DNA of 64,000 bases. Source: a virus. Below the pieces are notes generated by a model that searched no databases, was not told the DNA's origin, and worked only from the letters and a program-made list of their open reading frames with translations. Positions 9,593 through 17,968 of this stretch are shown one piece after another (positions within the stretch are counted from its first letter, which is position 1; each line of letters starts with the position of its first letter). The position numbers and the translations under genes are program-made. The stretch lies in IMG/VR virus record IMGVR_UViG_3300008108_000036; one strand, written 5' to 3'.

Positions 9593-10306
9593 TTATAGAA
9601 TTTTCCAATTATTTTTGTTATAACTAATTAAATGAAATCTAGGTTGTCCCTTGTTAACATAACTTATGTGATAATATAATTTGTTTGTTTCGAGATTTAA
9701 ATTATCAGCTAAGTGCTTGAAACTAGAGCATATGCAATGAATTTCAGCTGCATTTTCGATTACAGTACACCAATCAAATATAGTTTCTGTTTTATGTGGT
9801 TCTATAATAGGTAAAGATTTGGTTTCAATAAAATCCCGATTTATCTTATAACAACTTTCATGAAGAAAAATGTATTTATTTTTTTCTATATTTAGAGAAT
9901 TAAATAATTTATTTTCATTATCTAAATTTCTGTTAACATAAAAATTTTTCCATTTTGTTTCTATTGGTAAATTAAACTGAGAGTAAAATGCTTTATCAAA
10001 ATATTTATCTTTTTGATAAAACCTAAAATGCTCAAAACCTATTTTAATCACATCATCATAACATACATCTTTTAAAAAAGCGTTAACATCGTAATCATTT
10101 GTTATTTCTATTAGATCTACATTAGGTAGATCCTGATACATAAAACTTACAGAAGGTTTATTGTGGTTTTTACAAAAAATAAAATATGTATTATTATCTT
10201 TTATTAAGTTTCTAACTAGTCCATTGCATATAATATGATCACCGAGTCCTAAATGATGGTAAATGTATTTAATGTTTGTTGGAGATTTGACGAGGTTTAT
10301 ATCCAT
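9593..10306 (-). CDS. glycosyltransferase-like protein (GT9/GT-B-like)
   Basis: HHLGLGDHI motif and IENAAEIHCICSSF motif. Confidence 0.6.
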   Translation of the reverse strand: MDINLVKSPTNIKYIYHHLGLGDHIICNGLVRNLIKDNNTYFIFCKNHNKPSVSFMYQDLPNVDLIEITNDYDVNAFLKDVCYDDVIKIGFEHFRFYQKDKYFDKAFYSQFNLPIETKWKNFYVNRNLDNENKLFNSLNIEKNKYIFLHESCYKINRDFIETKSLPIIEPHKTETIFDWCTVIENAAEIHCICSSFKHLADNLNLETNKLYYHISYVNKGQPRFHLISYNKNNWKIL

Positions 10307-10344
10307 TATCTTATTTATTTGTTTTTGGTCAGTTCAGCATGTCA

Positions 10345-10520
10345 TTACGAATATCCAGTTTTAAACTATAGTTCTCGTTTTCTTACTAGAAAATTATGTG
10401 AAGCATTTAGTGGCCATATAAATGTGGTATCGATGGTACTAAAATAACTTCATTTGTATACAACATGTTTTACTTTTATTGCAGCTTTAACATAATCGTT
10501 TGTTATCATTCTCGCTTAAG
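10345..10520 (-). pseudogene. degenerate copy of the 3' end of the pilin-like gene at 12701-12880
   Basis: Translates MITNDYVKAAIKVKHVVYK*SYFSTIDTTFIWPLNASHNFLVRKREL*FKTGYS versus MITNDSSKAALKVEYIV..ATFIWPPNAPESSLVRRELWFKTGYF. Confidence 0.85.
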
Positions 10521-10662
10521 AGAAGTTACGTTTATTTCTTTTACAGTATACTCATTACCAGTAATAAGTTTTCAGCATTTTTAATACAATTTATAAATCA
10601 ATGGTGTTGGGATTTCCTAAAGATTATTTTATCTCCAACTTTGGTGTTTAAGTATGTAGCAT
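10521..10662 (-). pseudogene. degenerate copy of 9052-9195
   Basis: Near-identical DNA with a 1-nt deletion and a TGG>TGA change. Confidence 0.85.
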
Positions 10663-10708
10663 AAAATTACTAGAAAGCATTAAGAATAATAGTACCGTAT
10701 TTTATAGA

Positions 10709-11716
10709 TTAAACAACAGTTCTTTTGTAAAATTCAATAAAATGGCTTTTAATATAAATGGATTGTTTTAGCTGAATGAAATCATCAAAATTTTCGATGC
10801 TCTCTCTATAACTTTTTATAACTTTTCCTAATTGTTGTCCTTGAAGATTAGTCCATTCAGAAACCATTTTACCATTAAACTTTTCTTTTAAAAATTTTTT
10901 ATATGTGTGTTTAGCAATCAAAATTTCTGCTTCTTTGTTAATTTGCGTTTTAAAATGGTTGTCGATTTCTTCTATATACACGGTTTTATCTGCATTTCCG
11001 ACAAATTTATTTGGTTTATCTTCTATAAATTCTAACCAATTATGATAATCTTTTCGTAATCTATCTCTTTTTCTATTAATATGATTTAAATTTTCAAGAG
11101 CAAATATGTCTTTGTTGAAAAGAGTAGAAGATGTTGCCCATTCAAATATTTCTATTTGGGTATTAAAACATTCCGCAAAATTAATAAAAGAAGAATGAGG
11201 TTTAAGTTTTAATCCCATGAATTTCAACATTAATTCAAATGCTTGGTATGCAAATTTTCCAACTTGAATTTCTCCAAGTTGTTCAGAGTCAGATAATTTA
11301 ATCGGATACGTCAGTCCGTTTATACCCCACTTTAACCCTTTTTGTTTAATCATTCTTCCTAATATATTACCGAGAGGAGAAAAGCACGAAAACAGATAAT
11401 AGTTTGTAACCGATTCGATGTTCGGTAAAATGGCTAAATCTATTTGAACTTCTTTATAATCAAAGGAATGAACACATGAGTTTTTTGAGTAAAATTTTGA
11501 GTTAAAAAGCTGTTTGACGTTTAGATTAGCATCAACGTTTAAACCAACAAAATCTATATCTCCGTGATCTTGTTTATTCTTGTAATGAAGAATGTCTTCA
11601 AATACTGAAAAATAACTTGCGTACTTTTGTTTAATTTCTAAAACAAGACCTTCGTATTCGGCTTTGGAAACTCTTCTTGCAACGAACCCCAAATGCTTTA
11701 ATGCTGTCCCACCCAT
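10709..11716 (-). CDS. nucleotidyltransferase-fold protein (possible tRNA nucleotidyltransferase)
   Basis: MGGTALK N-terminus, GDID metal-binding motif, QIDL; tail NGKMV..LQGQQLGKVI resembles CCA-enzyme tails. Confidence 0.55.
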   Translation of the reverse strand: MGGTALKHLGFVARRVSKAEYEGLVLEIKQKYASYFSVFEDILHYKNKQDHGDIDFVGLNVDANLNVKQLFNSKFYSKNSCVHSFDYKEVQIDLAILPNIESVTNYYLFSCFSPLGNILGRMIKQKGLKWGINGLTYPIKLSDSEQLGEIQVGKFAYQAFELMLKFMGLKLKPHSSFINFAECFNTQIEIFEWATSSTLFNKDIFALENLNHINRKRDRLRKDYHNWLEFIEDKPNKFVGNADKTVYIEEIDNHFKTQINKEAEILIAKHTYKKFLKEKFNGKMVSEWTNLQGQQLGKVIKSYRESIENFDDFIQLKQSIYIKSHFIEFYKRTVV

Positions 11717-11728
11717 TATATAAACGTT

Positions 11729-12019
11729 TTAGCTTTTATTTAGTGATTGACGCGCTTCTGAATATTTTTTTATCATTTCTTCTATAGTTTTATCAGATTT
11801 TGGAGTATCAAGAAGCTTCCAAAAAGCATTATTAATAGTTTGTTGTTGTTTTTTATCGGATAGCTCCCCATTGCCAATTCTATGTGAATAAGACCAATTA
11901 TCAGCGTTTTGAACTAATTCTTTAATACCTTCATTGTTACAAGAAACAACAAACGAATTAATTTTATGTAGAAAATTCTCGTACATTGCTATTTTTTGTT
12001 TAAGAGTTGGTGTTTTCAT
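11729..12019 (-). CDS. hypothetical protein
   Basis: Coupled minus-strand ORF. Confidence 0.6.
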   Translation of the reverse strand: MKTPTLKQKIAMYENFLHKINSFVVSCNNEGIKELVQNADNWSYSHRIGNGELSDKKQQQTINNAFWKLLDTPKSDKTIEEMIKKYSEARQSLNKS

Positions 12020-12213
12020 TGCATTTTAAGTAAACTAGGAATGGATTCAATTTCTTTCAAAAGAACCTCTTCATCAATTGTACCTTTAAACATTCTAGAG
12101 TCAATATATAATTTTCCTTCAAATACGGTTTCGTTATTTTCTGTGTTGATTGTAATAAGTTTGAATACTTTTTGTGTATTCATATCTATCGTTCTTTTTA
12201 TTTCAGTCTTCAT
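12016..12213 (-). CDS. hypothetical protein
   Basis: Coupled small ORF. Confidence 0.45.
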   Translation of the reverse strand: MKTEIKRTIDMNTQKVFKLITINTENNETVFEGKLYIDSRMFKGTIDEEVLLKEIESIPSLLKMQ

Positions 12214-12526
12214 GTTGTTTTACAAGGGTTTCTCCACTTTCATCCCACATATAATCTTCGACCATATTACCAACAATCTCTAAAGAAGCAAGATCTAAAT
12301 TCATAAGAGGGTAATCATTGATATAGTATGCACAAGAATCTGCACTGTATACAACTTCTCCAATTTCTTCTCCGTTAAAAGCAAAAAATTTTACAACATC
12401 TCTTTCATAAATCTCTCGCAAATTCTTATCTAAGATGCCAATAAACTGATGATGGGTTTGTGGAAGATCTACTTCTTGAAAACTCTTTCCACTTCTGCTC
12501 CAAATTCTAAATTTATTTTTGTTCAT
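12203..12526 (-). CDS. YopX-family protein
   Basis: KFRIW...QFIGILDKNLREIYERDVV...EIVGN. Confidence 0.8.
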   Translation of the reverse strand: MNKNKFRIWSRSGKSFQEVDLPQTHHQFIGILDKNLREIYERDVVKFFAFNGEEIGEVVYSADSCAYYINDYPLMNLDLASLEIVGNMVEDYMWDESGETLVKQHED

Positions 12527-12700
12527 TTTAATTTTTATTAATAAACCAACGATACCCCCAAATAAAGAGCCAATAAACCGTTAATGCGGACATCCAATGA
12601 TTTTGAGTTACACTTGTAGCAATGTAACATAAAATCATTATAACAAAAGCAGAATCAGAACTTTTCATAATTTTGTTGTTTATTTTTAGACAGCATATTA

Positions 12701-13168
12701 TTAAAAATAACCAGTCTTAAACCATAGCTCTCGTCTTACCAAAGAACTCTCTGGAGCATTTGGCGGCCATATAAATGTAGCATCAATCATATTAAAATTA
12801 TTCGATTTGTCTACAATATATTCTACCTTTAGTGCTGCTTTACTGGAATCATTTGTTATCATACCGTTCTCGTTTAAAAAGAATGTTCTGTTTTGAGATA
12901 ATGTAAAGTTTCCAACGTATGGTATCGGTATAGGTTGATCTCTATACTCTCTTGGAAATGCGTCCCATATACCAAAAATAGTTTCACAAAAATTGTTTGC
13001 TATAGTTTCATTCTCCACTGAACGAACTGAATATAAAGCAATAGAAAGCAAACCAAAAATACTCACTATAACAGAAGCAAATATTCCTACTGCTACAATC
13101 ACTTCAATCAAAGAAAACGAATTCTTTTTCACAAAATCAAAGTTATACTCGCCCGTATAATAAGTCAA
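12701..13168 (-). CDS. type IV pilin/pseudopilin-like protein
   Basis: KKNS-FSLIEVIVAVGIF N-terminal methylation-type motif plus hydrophobic helix; true start possibly the GTG near 13133. Confidence 0.75.
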   Translation of the reverse strand: MTYYTGEYNFDFVKKNSFSLIEVIVAVGIFASVIVSIFGLLSIALYSVRSVENETIANNFCETIFGIWDAFPREYRDQPIPIPYVGNFTLSQNRTFFLNENGMITNDSSKAALKVEYIVDKSNNFNMIDATFIWPPNAPESSLVRRELWFKTGYF

Positions 13169-13362
13169 TCAAAAAACCCCTCGTCTCTCAGATATTTTTC
13201 AACTTTATGAAAATCTTTCTCCGTGAAATTTTTGTACTCACACTTTAGAGAGTTCATATAATCCATTGTTAAATTTAAATTTGCTGTATAATTTTTACCT
13301 GCATAGTCAAACACCACGGTTTTTCTTAAGCATCTATTTAGCGCTGCCTGAAGTTCGGTCAT
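13165..13362 (-). CDS. hypothetical protein
   Basis: Coupled small ORF. Confidence 0.55.
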   Translation of the reverse strand: MTELQAALNRCLRKTVVFDYAGKNYTANLNLTMDYMNSLKCEYKNFTEKDFHKVEKYLRDEGFFD

Positions 13363-13366
13363 TTAA

Positions 13367-13667
13367 CTATTTTTTCCAACAAAATACCACGTTATCAAAT
13401 TTCTCCAAAGATCTTACGAGATATATAGAAATTAACTTTTCCCATATCAAAAACCTATTAGCAGCTCCACTTCCTAGCCTTGAAATATAAAAAGTCTTTG
13501 TTGGATAACGCTCTATAATTCTTGCAAGTTTAATAAGCTCCTCGAAAGGTTTTACATGCACTCTCGCTATTTGCCTTCTTCATGAAGTTGTCTCCGAAGA
13601 TAAAATATGCATCAGGATTTGCGTTCAAAAATTCAAAAGTAATTTTAATTTGTTTATATGTAGCCAT
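13367..13667 (-). pseudogene. frameshifted, internally deleted gene (YFIFGDN...LGSGAA, macro-domain-like phage family)
   Basis: ATG 13667 gives MATYKQIKITFEFLNANPDAYFIFGDN then a stop; C-terminal half FYISRLGSGAAN is in another frame. Confidence 0.5.
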
Positions 13668-13832
13668 TATTCAAAGGGATTTTCATAACCATTGTTATAA
13701 TCTTTCTCTGTTTCTTTTAACCATACACCAATTATATAAAGCACAAGAGCACTAGCTAAAAAAGCCACTCCGCCAATAATTCCAACAATAATCCAAAACA
13801 TAAATTTAATAATAGCCTCTAATTACACGAAG

Positions 13833-14063
13833 TCAATTCCAGTATACATCTAATCTGTACTTGTATTCTCGCTCATTGTCACTAACAATATTTAAATGCC
13901 ATATGGTACCTTCTTCATTCTCTTCTTTAGTTAAATACATATCATTAACTTGAGGTTGGTTTTGGGGTTTAGATACAACTTCTGGAGCTACAATGGGCCT
14001 ATGAATAAGCGGTGCTGGTTCTTTAACGATTGTTGGTGTATAAACTTTACTTGTATTGTTCAT
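13833..14063 (-). CDS. hypothetical protein
   Basis: Small ORF. Confidence 0.5.
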   Translation of the reverse strand: MNNTSKVYTPTIVKEPAPLIHRPIVAPEVVSKPQNQPQVNDMYLTKEENEEGTIWHLNIVSDNEREYKYRLDVYWN

Positions 14064-14088
14064 ATTAAATGACGAAAGCGTTCATGTG

Positions 14089-14460
14089 TTAGTTACCATG
14101 ATTCCAACTTTTTAATAAGATTCTACCATAGCTTTCAATAGCTTTTTTTGTATAATCATCTAAGTTTTGTAGACATCCATCAGCTGATAATCCAGCTTCA
14201 TAAAAAGCATGCTCTTCCATTACTTCTAATGGTGTTTTTACTGGTTTGGTTTGGTCTTTCCACAAATTTTCTGAAAAAGCATACATTAACACATCAACAG
14301 CATCATTAATTCCTTTGATAGCATGTTGTGGATTATACGTCAACTCTTGATGGCTATATTCTGAACTCGTTGTCGTAGATGCAACAGAAGTTGAAGTTTC
14401 GGAGTCTTTTACTGTTATTTCAAAAAAATATTTTTTCATTTTATTCAATATACTATTCAT
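14089..14460 (-). CDS. hypothetical protein
   Basis: ORF; start uncertain. Confidence 0.5.
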   Translation of the reverse strand: MNSILNKMKKYFFEITVKDSETSTSVASTTTSSEYSHQELTYNPQHAIKGINDAVDVLMYAFSENLWKDQTKPVKTPLEVMEEHAFYEAGLSADGCLQNLDDYTKKAIESYGRILLKSWNHGN

Positions 14461-14773
14461 TCTCTTTAATATCAACTCTGTCTTTTAACCAAGCTTTTAT
14501 AGCCCAGTGATAATGTGTATAGTTCGGATCCCCTTCATAATGAAAAAAAGCGTGCCCTATATCAAAAATTATATCAGATAAGATTTTATTTTTTATTCCT
14601 TTGATGTGTTTAATGTTAAAGCTATTTAAACCAACAGTTCCGTCCATTCCGAAGTCCCATGTAAAATACACCGTCTTTGTTTTTCTGTCAATATAATATA
14701 CGTCTATATAAATTGGCTCTTTACAAATAACTTCACTCAATTCTACAAATTGTTTAGGAAGATACAATCTCAT
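14453..14773 (-). CDS. hypothetical protein
   Basis: ORF in the minus-strand run. Confidence 0.55.
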   Translation of the reverse strand: MRLYLPKQFVELSEVICKEPIYIDVYYIDRKTKTVYFTWDFGMDGTVGLNSFNIKHIKGIKNKILSDIIFDIGHAFFHYEGDPNYTHYHWAIKAWLKDRVDIKENE

Positions 14774-14818
14774 ATTGCTTGTTCTTAATTAAATTCTGAT
14801 ACCATTTGGTTTAATAGT

Positions 14819-15199
14819 TTATTCAGTTTTTATATTTGTTAGCGTAGTTCCAATTACTTTTACTTTCCAATTAAAAATTTGTTTAGTGAGATCATGGAGC
14901 CACATATGTGAAAGTGTGTTGTCTTCTTCTACAGATTGAGCCAGTACTAAAAATGCTCCGTCATAAAAAGTTATAAACGCTGTATGTTTTTTGGACTCTT
15001 TGTTCGTTACAGGTCTTTCAAATTCTATTACATCATTTTCATAAATGTAATTGCCATAGCTGTCTTGAACACTCGTGTGTTGACAAGGAATTAAAAGAGG
15101 ATCTTCAAATAGTTCATCTACATATCCGTTATATTTGTATTGCTCTATAAATCCATTAGCAGCAGTACAAAAAAATTTAAAATGGTTTTTTTTATTCAT
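14819..15199 (-). CDS. YopX-family protein
   Basis: CQHTSVQDSYGNYIYENDVI...VKVIG. Confidence 0.7.
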   Translation of the reverse strand: MNKKNHFKFFCTAANGFIEQYKYNGYVDELFEDPLLIPCQHTSVQDSYGNYIYENDVIEFERPVTNKESKKHTAFITFYDGAFLVLAQSVEEDNTLSHMWLHDLTKQIFNWKVKVIGTTLTNIKTE

Positions 15200-15464
15200 G
15201 ATCAGCCATAAAAATTCTCAAAAAGGAACTTCCCAAATCTAATCTATTAACGGCTTTTGGATTATCATATTCGAATATTTCGATTTTCTTTTCATCTGGA
15301 GTAGTATAATCATCTAAAAATAGTTTAGCATATTCATAAGTCTCAAAGGACATATCATAATGGACATTATGCCAACCAAAAATGCCTTTTTTTTGTGGAT
15401 AATATTTTTCACTTTTGAAAGTTTTGACCTTTTTAATTCTATATTTACCAGCTTTCGTCTTCAT
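15192..15464 (-). CDS. hypothetical protein
   Basis: KYRI...YYPQKKGIFGW pattern. Confidence 0.55.
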   Translation of the reverse strand: MKTKAGKYRIKKVKTFKSEKYYPQKKGIFGWHNVHYDMSFETYEYAKLFLDDYTTPDEKKIEIFEYDNPKAVNRLDLGSSFLRIFMADHE

Positions 15465-15735
15465 CTTTTAATGAATTTTTAAACTCTTTTTCTCGTTCGA
15501 TTGCTATTTGTAATTGGCGTTTAATTGTTTCAAGAGCCTCTTCATATGTAGAGCATTCTATTTCAATATCAGATAGAATATACCCATAGTGTTCTACTAT
15601 ATAAGTAGGTGCATATCCATATGACCATTTTGTATTAATATACCAATGGCAATCCTTGTCTTTATGATGGGAAGAGCCTAATAACTCGTACCATTCATTC
15701 GTTAATTCTGTAATCCGTTCGATTATTTCATTCAT
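15445..15735 (-). CDS. hypothetical protein
   Basis: Likely start MNEIIERI at 15735, downstream of TATAAATA. Confidence 0.6.
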   Translation of the reverse strand: MNEIIERITELTNEWYELLGSSHHKDKDCHWYINTKWSYGYAPTYIVEHYGYILSDIEIECSTYEEALETIKRQLQIAIEREKEFKNSLKDEDESW

Positions 15736-15740
15736 GATGA

Positions 15741-15753
15741 ATAAATATTTATA
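15741..15753. promoter_or_regulatory. palindromic divergent late-promoter-like element
   Basis: ATAAATATTTATA gives TAAATA on + and TATAAATA on -, between divergent ATGs at 15735 and 15755. Confidence 0.55.
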
Positions 15754-15754
15754 T

Positions 15755-15907
15755 ATGAGCAAGCGTCTCTCTGTTTTTGAAAAAGACAAGCTCGAGTTAT
15801 GGATAGGGAGACATAACCGCAAACTTGAACTTCTACGAACTATAGTTAATGTGATTGCTTTGCTTTTAACTTTGTGCGTCTTTTTAAAAATGTTTAATTT
15901 TTTATAA
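15755..15907 (+). CDS. small membrane protein (50 aa, not in the ORF track)
   Basis: MSKRLSVFEKDKLELWIGRHNRKLELLRTIVNVIALLLTLCVFLKMFNFL; single C-terminal TM helix. Confidence 0.6.
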   Translation: MSKRLSVFEKDKLELWIGRHNRKLELLRTIVNVIALLLTLCVFLKMFNFL

Positions 15908-15909
15908 TT

Positions 15910-16095
15910 TTATTTAGACGTAGAATTTACTAACCCTTGAATCTGCTCGATGGATAAGTTAGGGTTACTTTCTTGAATATGGGTTGTGATTTGATGTTTA
16001 CGGATGTTATTACATGCCATTCTCCAACACAACATTAAAGCCCATATTATGATAATCGAGATTATTAAAATTAATATGTTTTTACGAGGTTGCAT
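15910..16095 (-). CDS. small membrane protein
   Basis: N-terminal hydrophobic helix. Confidence 0.5.
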   Translation of the reverse strand: MQPRKNILILIISIIIIWALMLCWRMACNNIRKHQITTHIQESNPNLSIEQIQGLVNSTSK

Positions 16096-16351
16096 TTAAT
16101 AAAGAAATAATTTCGTTCGTTTCTCCAATTGCGTATTGATATTCATGTATTTTAATTCTTAATTCAGAAACATCTGCAATATATGGTTTAGAATGGTTGG
16201 TTAAAACCAGTCTTGCATTAACTTTAAAACGATCAGTTACTTCTTCTATTATATACCCATATCCATCAATTTCCCAGCCATGATGATACACTTTAAATTT
16301 TCGAATAATTTTACCAAATTTGTTTTGGATTTGTTGCTCAATGGATTCCAT
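16082..16351 (-). CDS. hypothetical protein
   Basis: Likely start MESIEQQI. Confidence 0.5.
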   Translation of the reverse strand: MESIEQQIQNKFGKIIRKFKVYHHGWEIDGYGYIIEEVTDRFKVNARLVLTNHSKPYIADVSELRIKIHEYQYAIGETNEIISLLNATS

Positions 16352-16356
16352 ATAAT

Positions 16357-16599
16357 TTAGCGTTGAAAGTAAAATACGTCCGTCATCCAATTGTTATAAG
16401 CCCACTTGTAAAAATAATCAAAATAATCCTCAAATAGTTTCGTATACTCTGTCAACTCTATATTGTGAGTTCTATCTCTATATTCTTTGCATATATTACG
16501 TATATGAAGATTATCAATTTCAGCTAAAGGAAGTGTCTCCAAAAAAAGTTTTTGAGATTCAGATACCACTAAATGCTTGTCTAGTTCTTTAAACGTCAT
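16357..16599 (-). CDS. hypothetical protein
   Basis: Coupled ORF. Confidence 0.5.
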   Translation of the reverse strand: MTFKELDKHLVVSESQKLFLETLPLAEIDNLHIRNICKEYRDRTHNIELTEYTKLFEDYFDYFYKWAYNNWMTDVFYFQR

Positions 16600-16943
16600 T
16601 TTGATGGTTCATCACTAATGATTTCGTAAGAAATTTGTTCGCTTGGATCATAAAACTCGCCGCAGTAATTAATATCTAAATCGAAATCTTTGGTCTTAAA
16701 TTCGTCTAGTTTGATTTCATATTTGTCGATCATTTCATCATAAGTACGTTTAAAATCAGATAAATAATGCGAGAAATCATCTACGCGAGGATCGTCACAA
16801 TTGAAAATATAATCAAATAAATAATCTTGACCAATCTTGTTTAAGTTTAACTCATCAAGTAAACGGTTGAAATATAGGTCTTGAACTTTTTGTAGCTCGT
16901 TAATGAATGCTTTGACTTTGTGAATGGAATCTTCTGGATGCAT
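16596..16943 (-). CDS. hypothetical protein
   Basis: ORF with LFDYIFN motif. Confidence 0.6.
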   Translation of the reverse strand: MHPEDSIHKVKAFINELQKVQDLYFNRLLDELNLNKIGQDYLFDYIFNCDDPRVDDFSHYLSDFKRTYDEMIDKYEIKLDEFKTKDFDLDINYCGEFYDPSEQISYEIISDEPSK

Positions 16944-16963
16944 AAAACTATTTTACCACATTT

Positions 16964-17962
16964 TTAGTTCTGCTCAACATTTAACTCTTTGTGCTTTAAA
17001 GGATGTTCTAATAAAACTCTAGATACATAATCCGTTATACTTGAGTTATTTAGTTGTGCGTTAGTTTTAACAAAACAAATGAGAATATTATATAAGATTT
17101 GATCCATTTGAGTTCTATTAGCAAAAACGGATTGAGTGTGTGTAGATAATTGTGAAAAAGTTATCTTTTCATAAGGAGTCGAATTAAATTTTAAATTTAT
17201 TTTTAGATAATCAGGAATTATGTTGATGCTTATTCCCAACGAAAACTGAAAAATACTTTCTAATAATAAATCAACTTCGGAAATATGATGCATAACAAAC
17301 GAATTTAAAATATTAATGGTTGAGATTAAATTAGTTAGTGTTAGTATTTGTGTGTTGCTTACATCAGAAAATTCTCTAATCAGCCAACTATCCTCCAATT
17401 GTTCCGAGCAAATATAATCTTCTAACTCAGACGCATTTACATGGTTATAGTGGATTTCATGTTTAGATGCATACGATTTTAGATAATAAAACATAGAGCA
17501 ACAGCGGTCAAACGGTTCTCTGAAAATTAAAAATTTCTTTATAATTTTGTTGCGAATAAAAGGTTTAAGAAAAAACTGATGTTGCCTAAGTCCTAATGGC
17601 TCAACTACTATCCCAAGTAACATTAAATCTAGCAAAAACTGATCATCGATATATTTGAATTCTATTTTATAATTTGTACCTCCTATGTGTTGTAAAATCT
17701 GCTTGTTCATTGTTTGCATACGGCATTTGATATCAAGAATAGCAATCCTAAGTACTGTATTCGAGTTGTGAAGGACGGTTAACATCACCATCGAATTTTC
17801 ATTAAACTCTCTAGTTTCGTTTACTACGATTGATCTCCAATATCCTAATAAAACGTAAAACCAACTTAAAACATAAGTCCCGGCATTTTTAGGAATATGA
17901 TAGAATATAGGTAAATTAGGTGTAGGAATTTGACAATTTATCATTGATGTCCAACTTAACAA
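16964..17962 (-). CDS. sulfotransferase-like protein (Sulfotransfer_2 type)
   Basis: HIPKNAGT 5'-PAPS motif and REPFDRCCSMFYY 3'-PB motif; paralogous to the C-terminal half of 31666-33348. Confidence 0.7.
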   Translation of the reverse strand: MLSWTSMINCQIPTPNLPIFYHIPKNAGTYVLSWFYVLLGYWRSIVVNETREFNENSMVMLTVLHNSNTVLRIAILDIKCRMQTMNKQILQHIGGTNYKIEFKYIDDQFLLDLMLLGIVVEPLGLRQHQFFLKPFIRNKIIKKFLIFREPFDRCCSMFYYLKSYASKHEIHYNHVNASELEDYICSEQLEDSWLIREFSDVSNTQILTLTNLISTINILNSFVMHHISEVDLLLESIFQFSLGISINIIPDYLKINLKFNSTPYEKITFSQLSTHTQSVFANRTQMDQILYNILICFVKTNAQLNNSSITDYVSRVLLEHPLKHKELNVEQN

Positions 17963-17968
17963 TTTAAG

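Noticed and set aside
10345-10662. Duplicated segments as DGR template/variable repeats
   Set aside because: Differences include indels and non-adenine changes, and there is no reverse transcriptase in the window.
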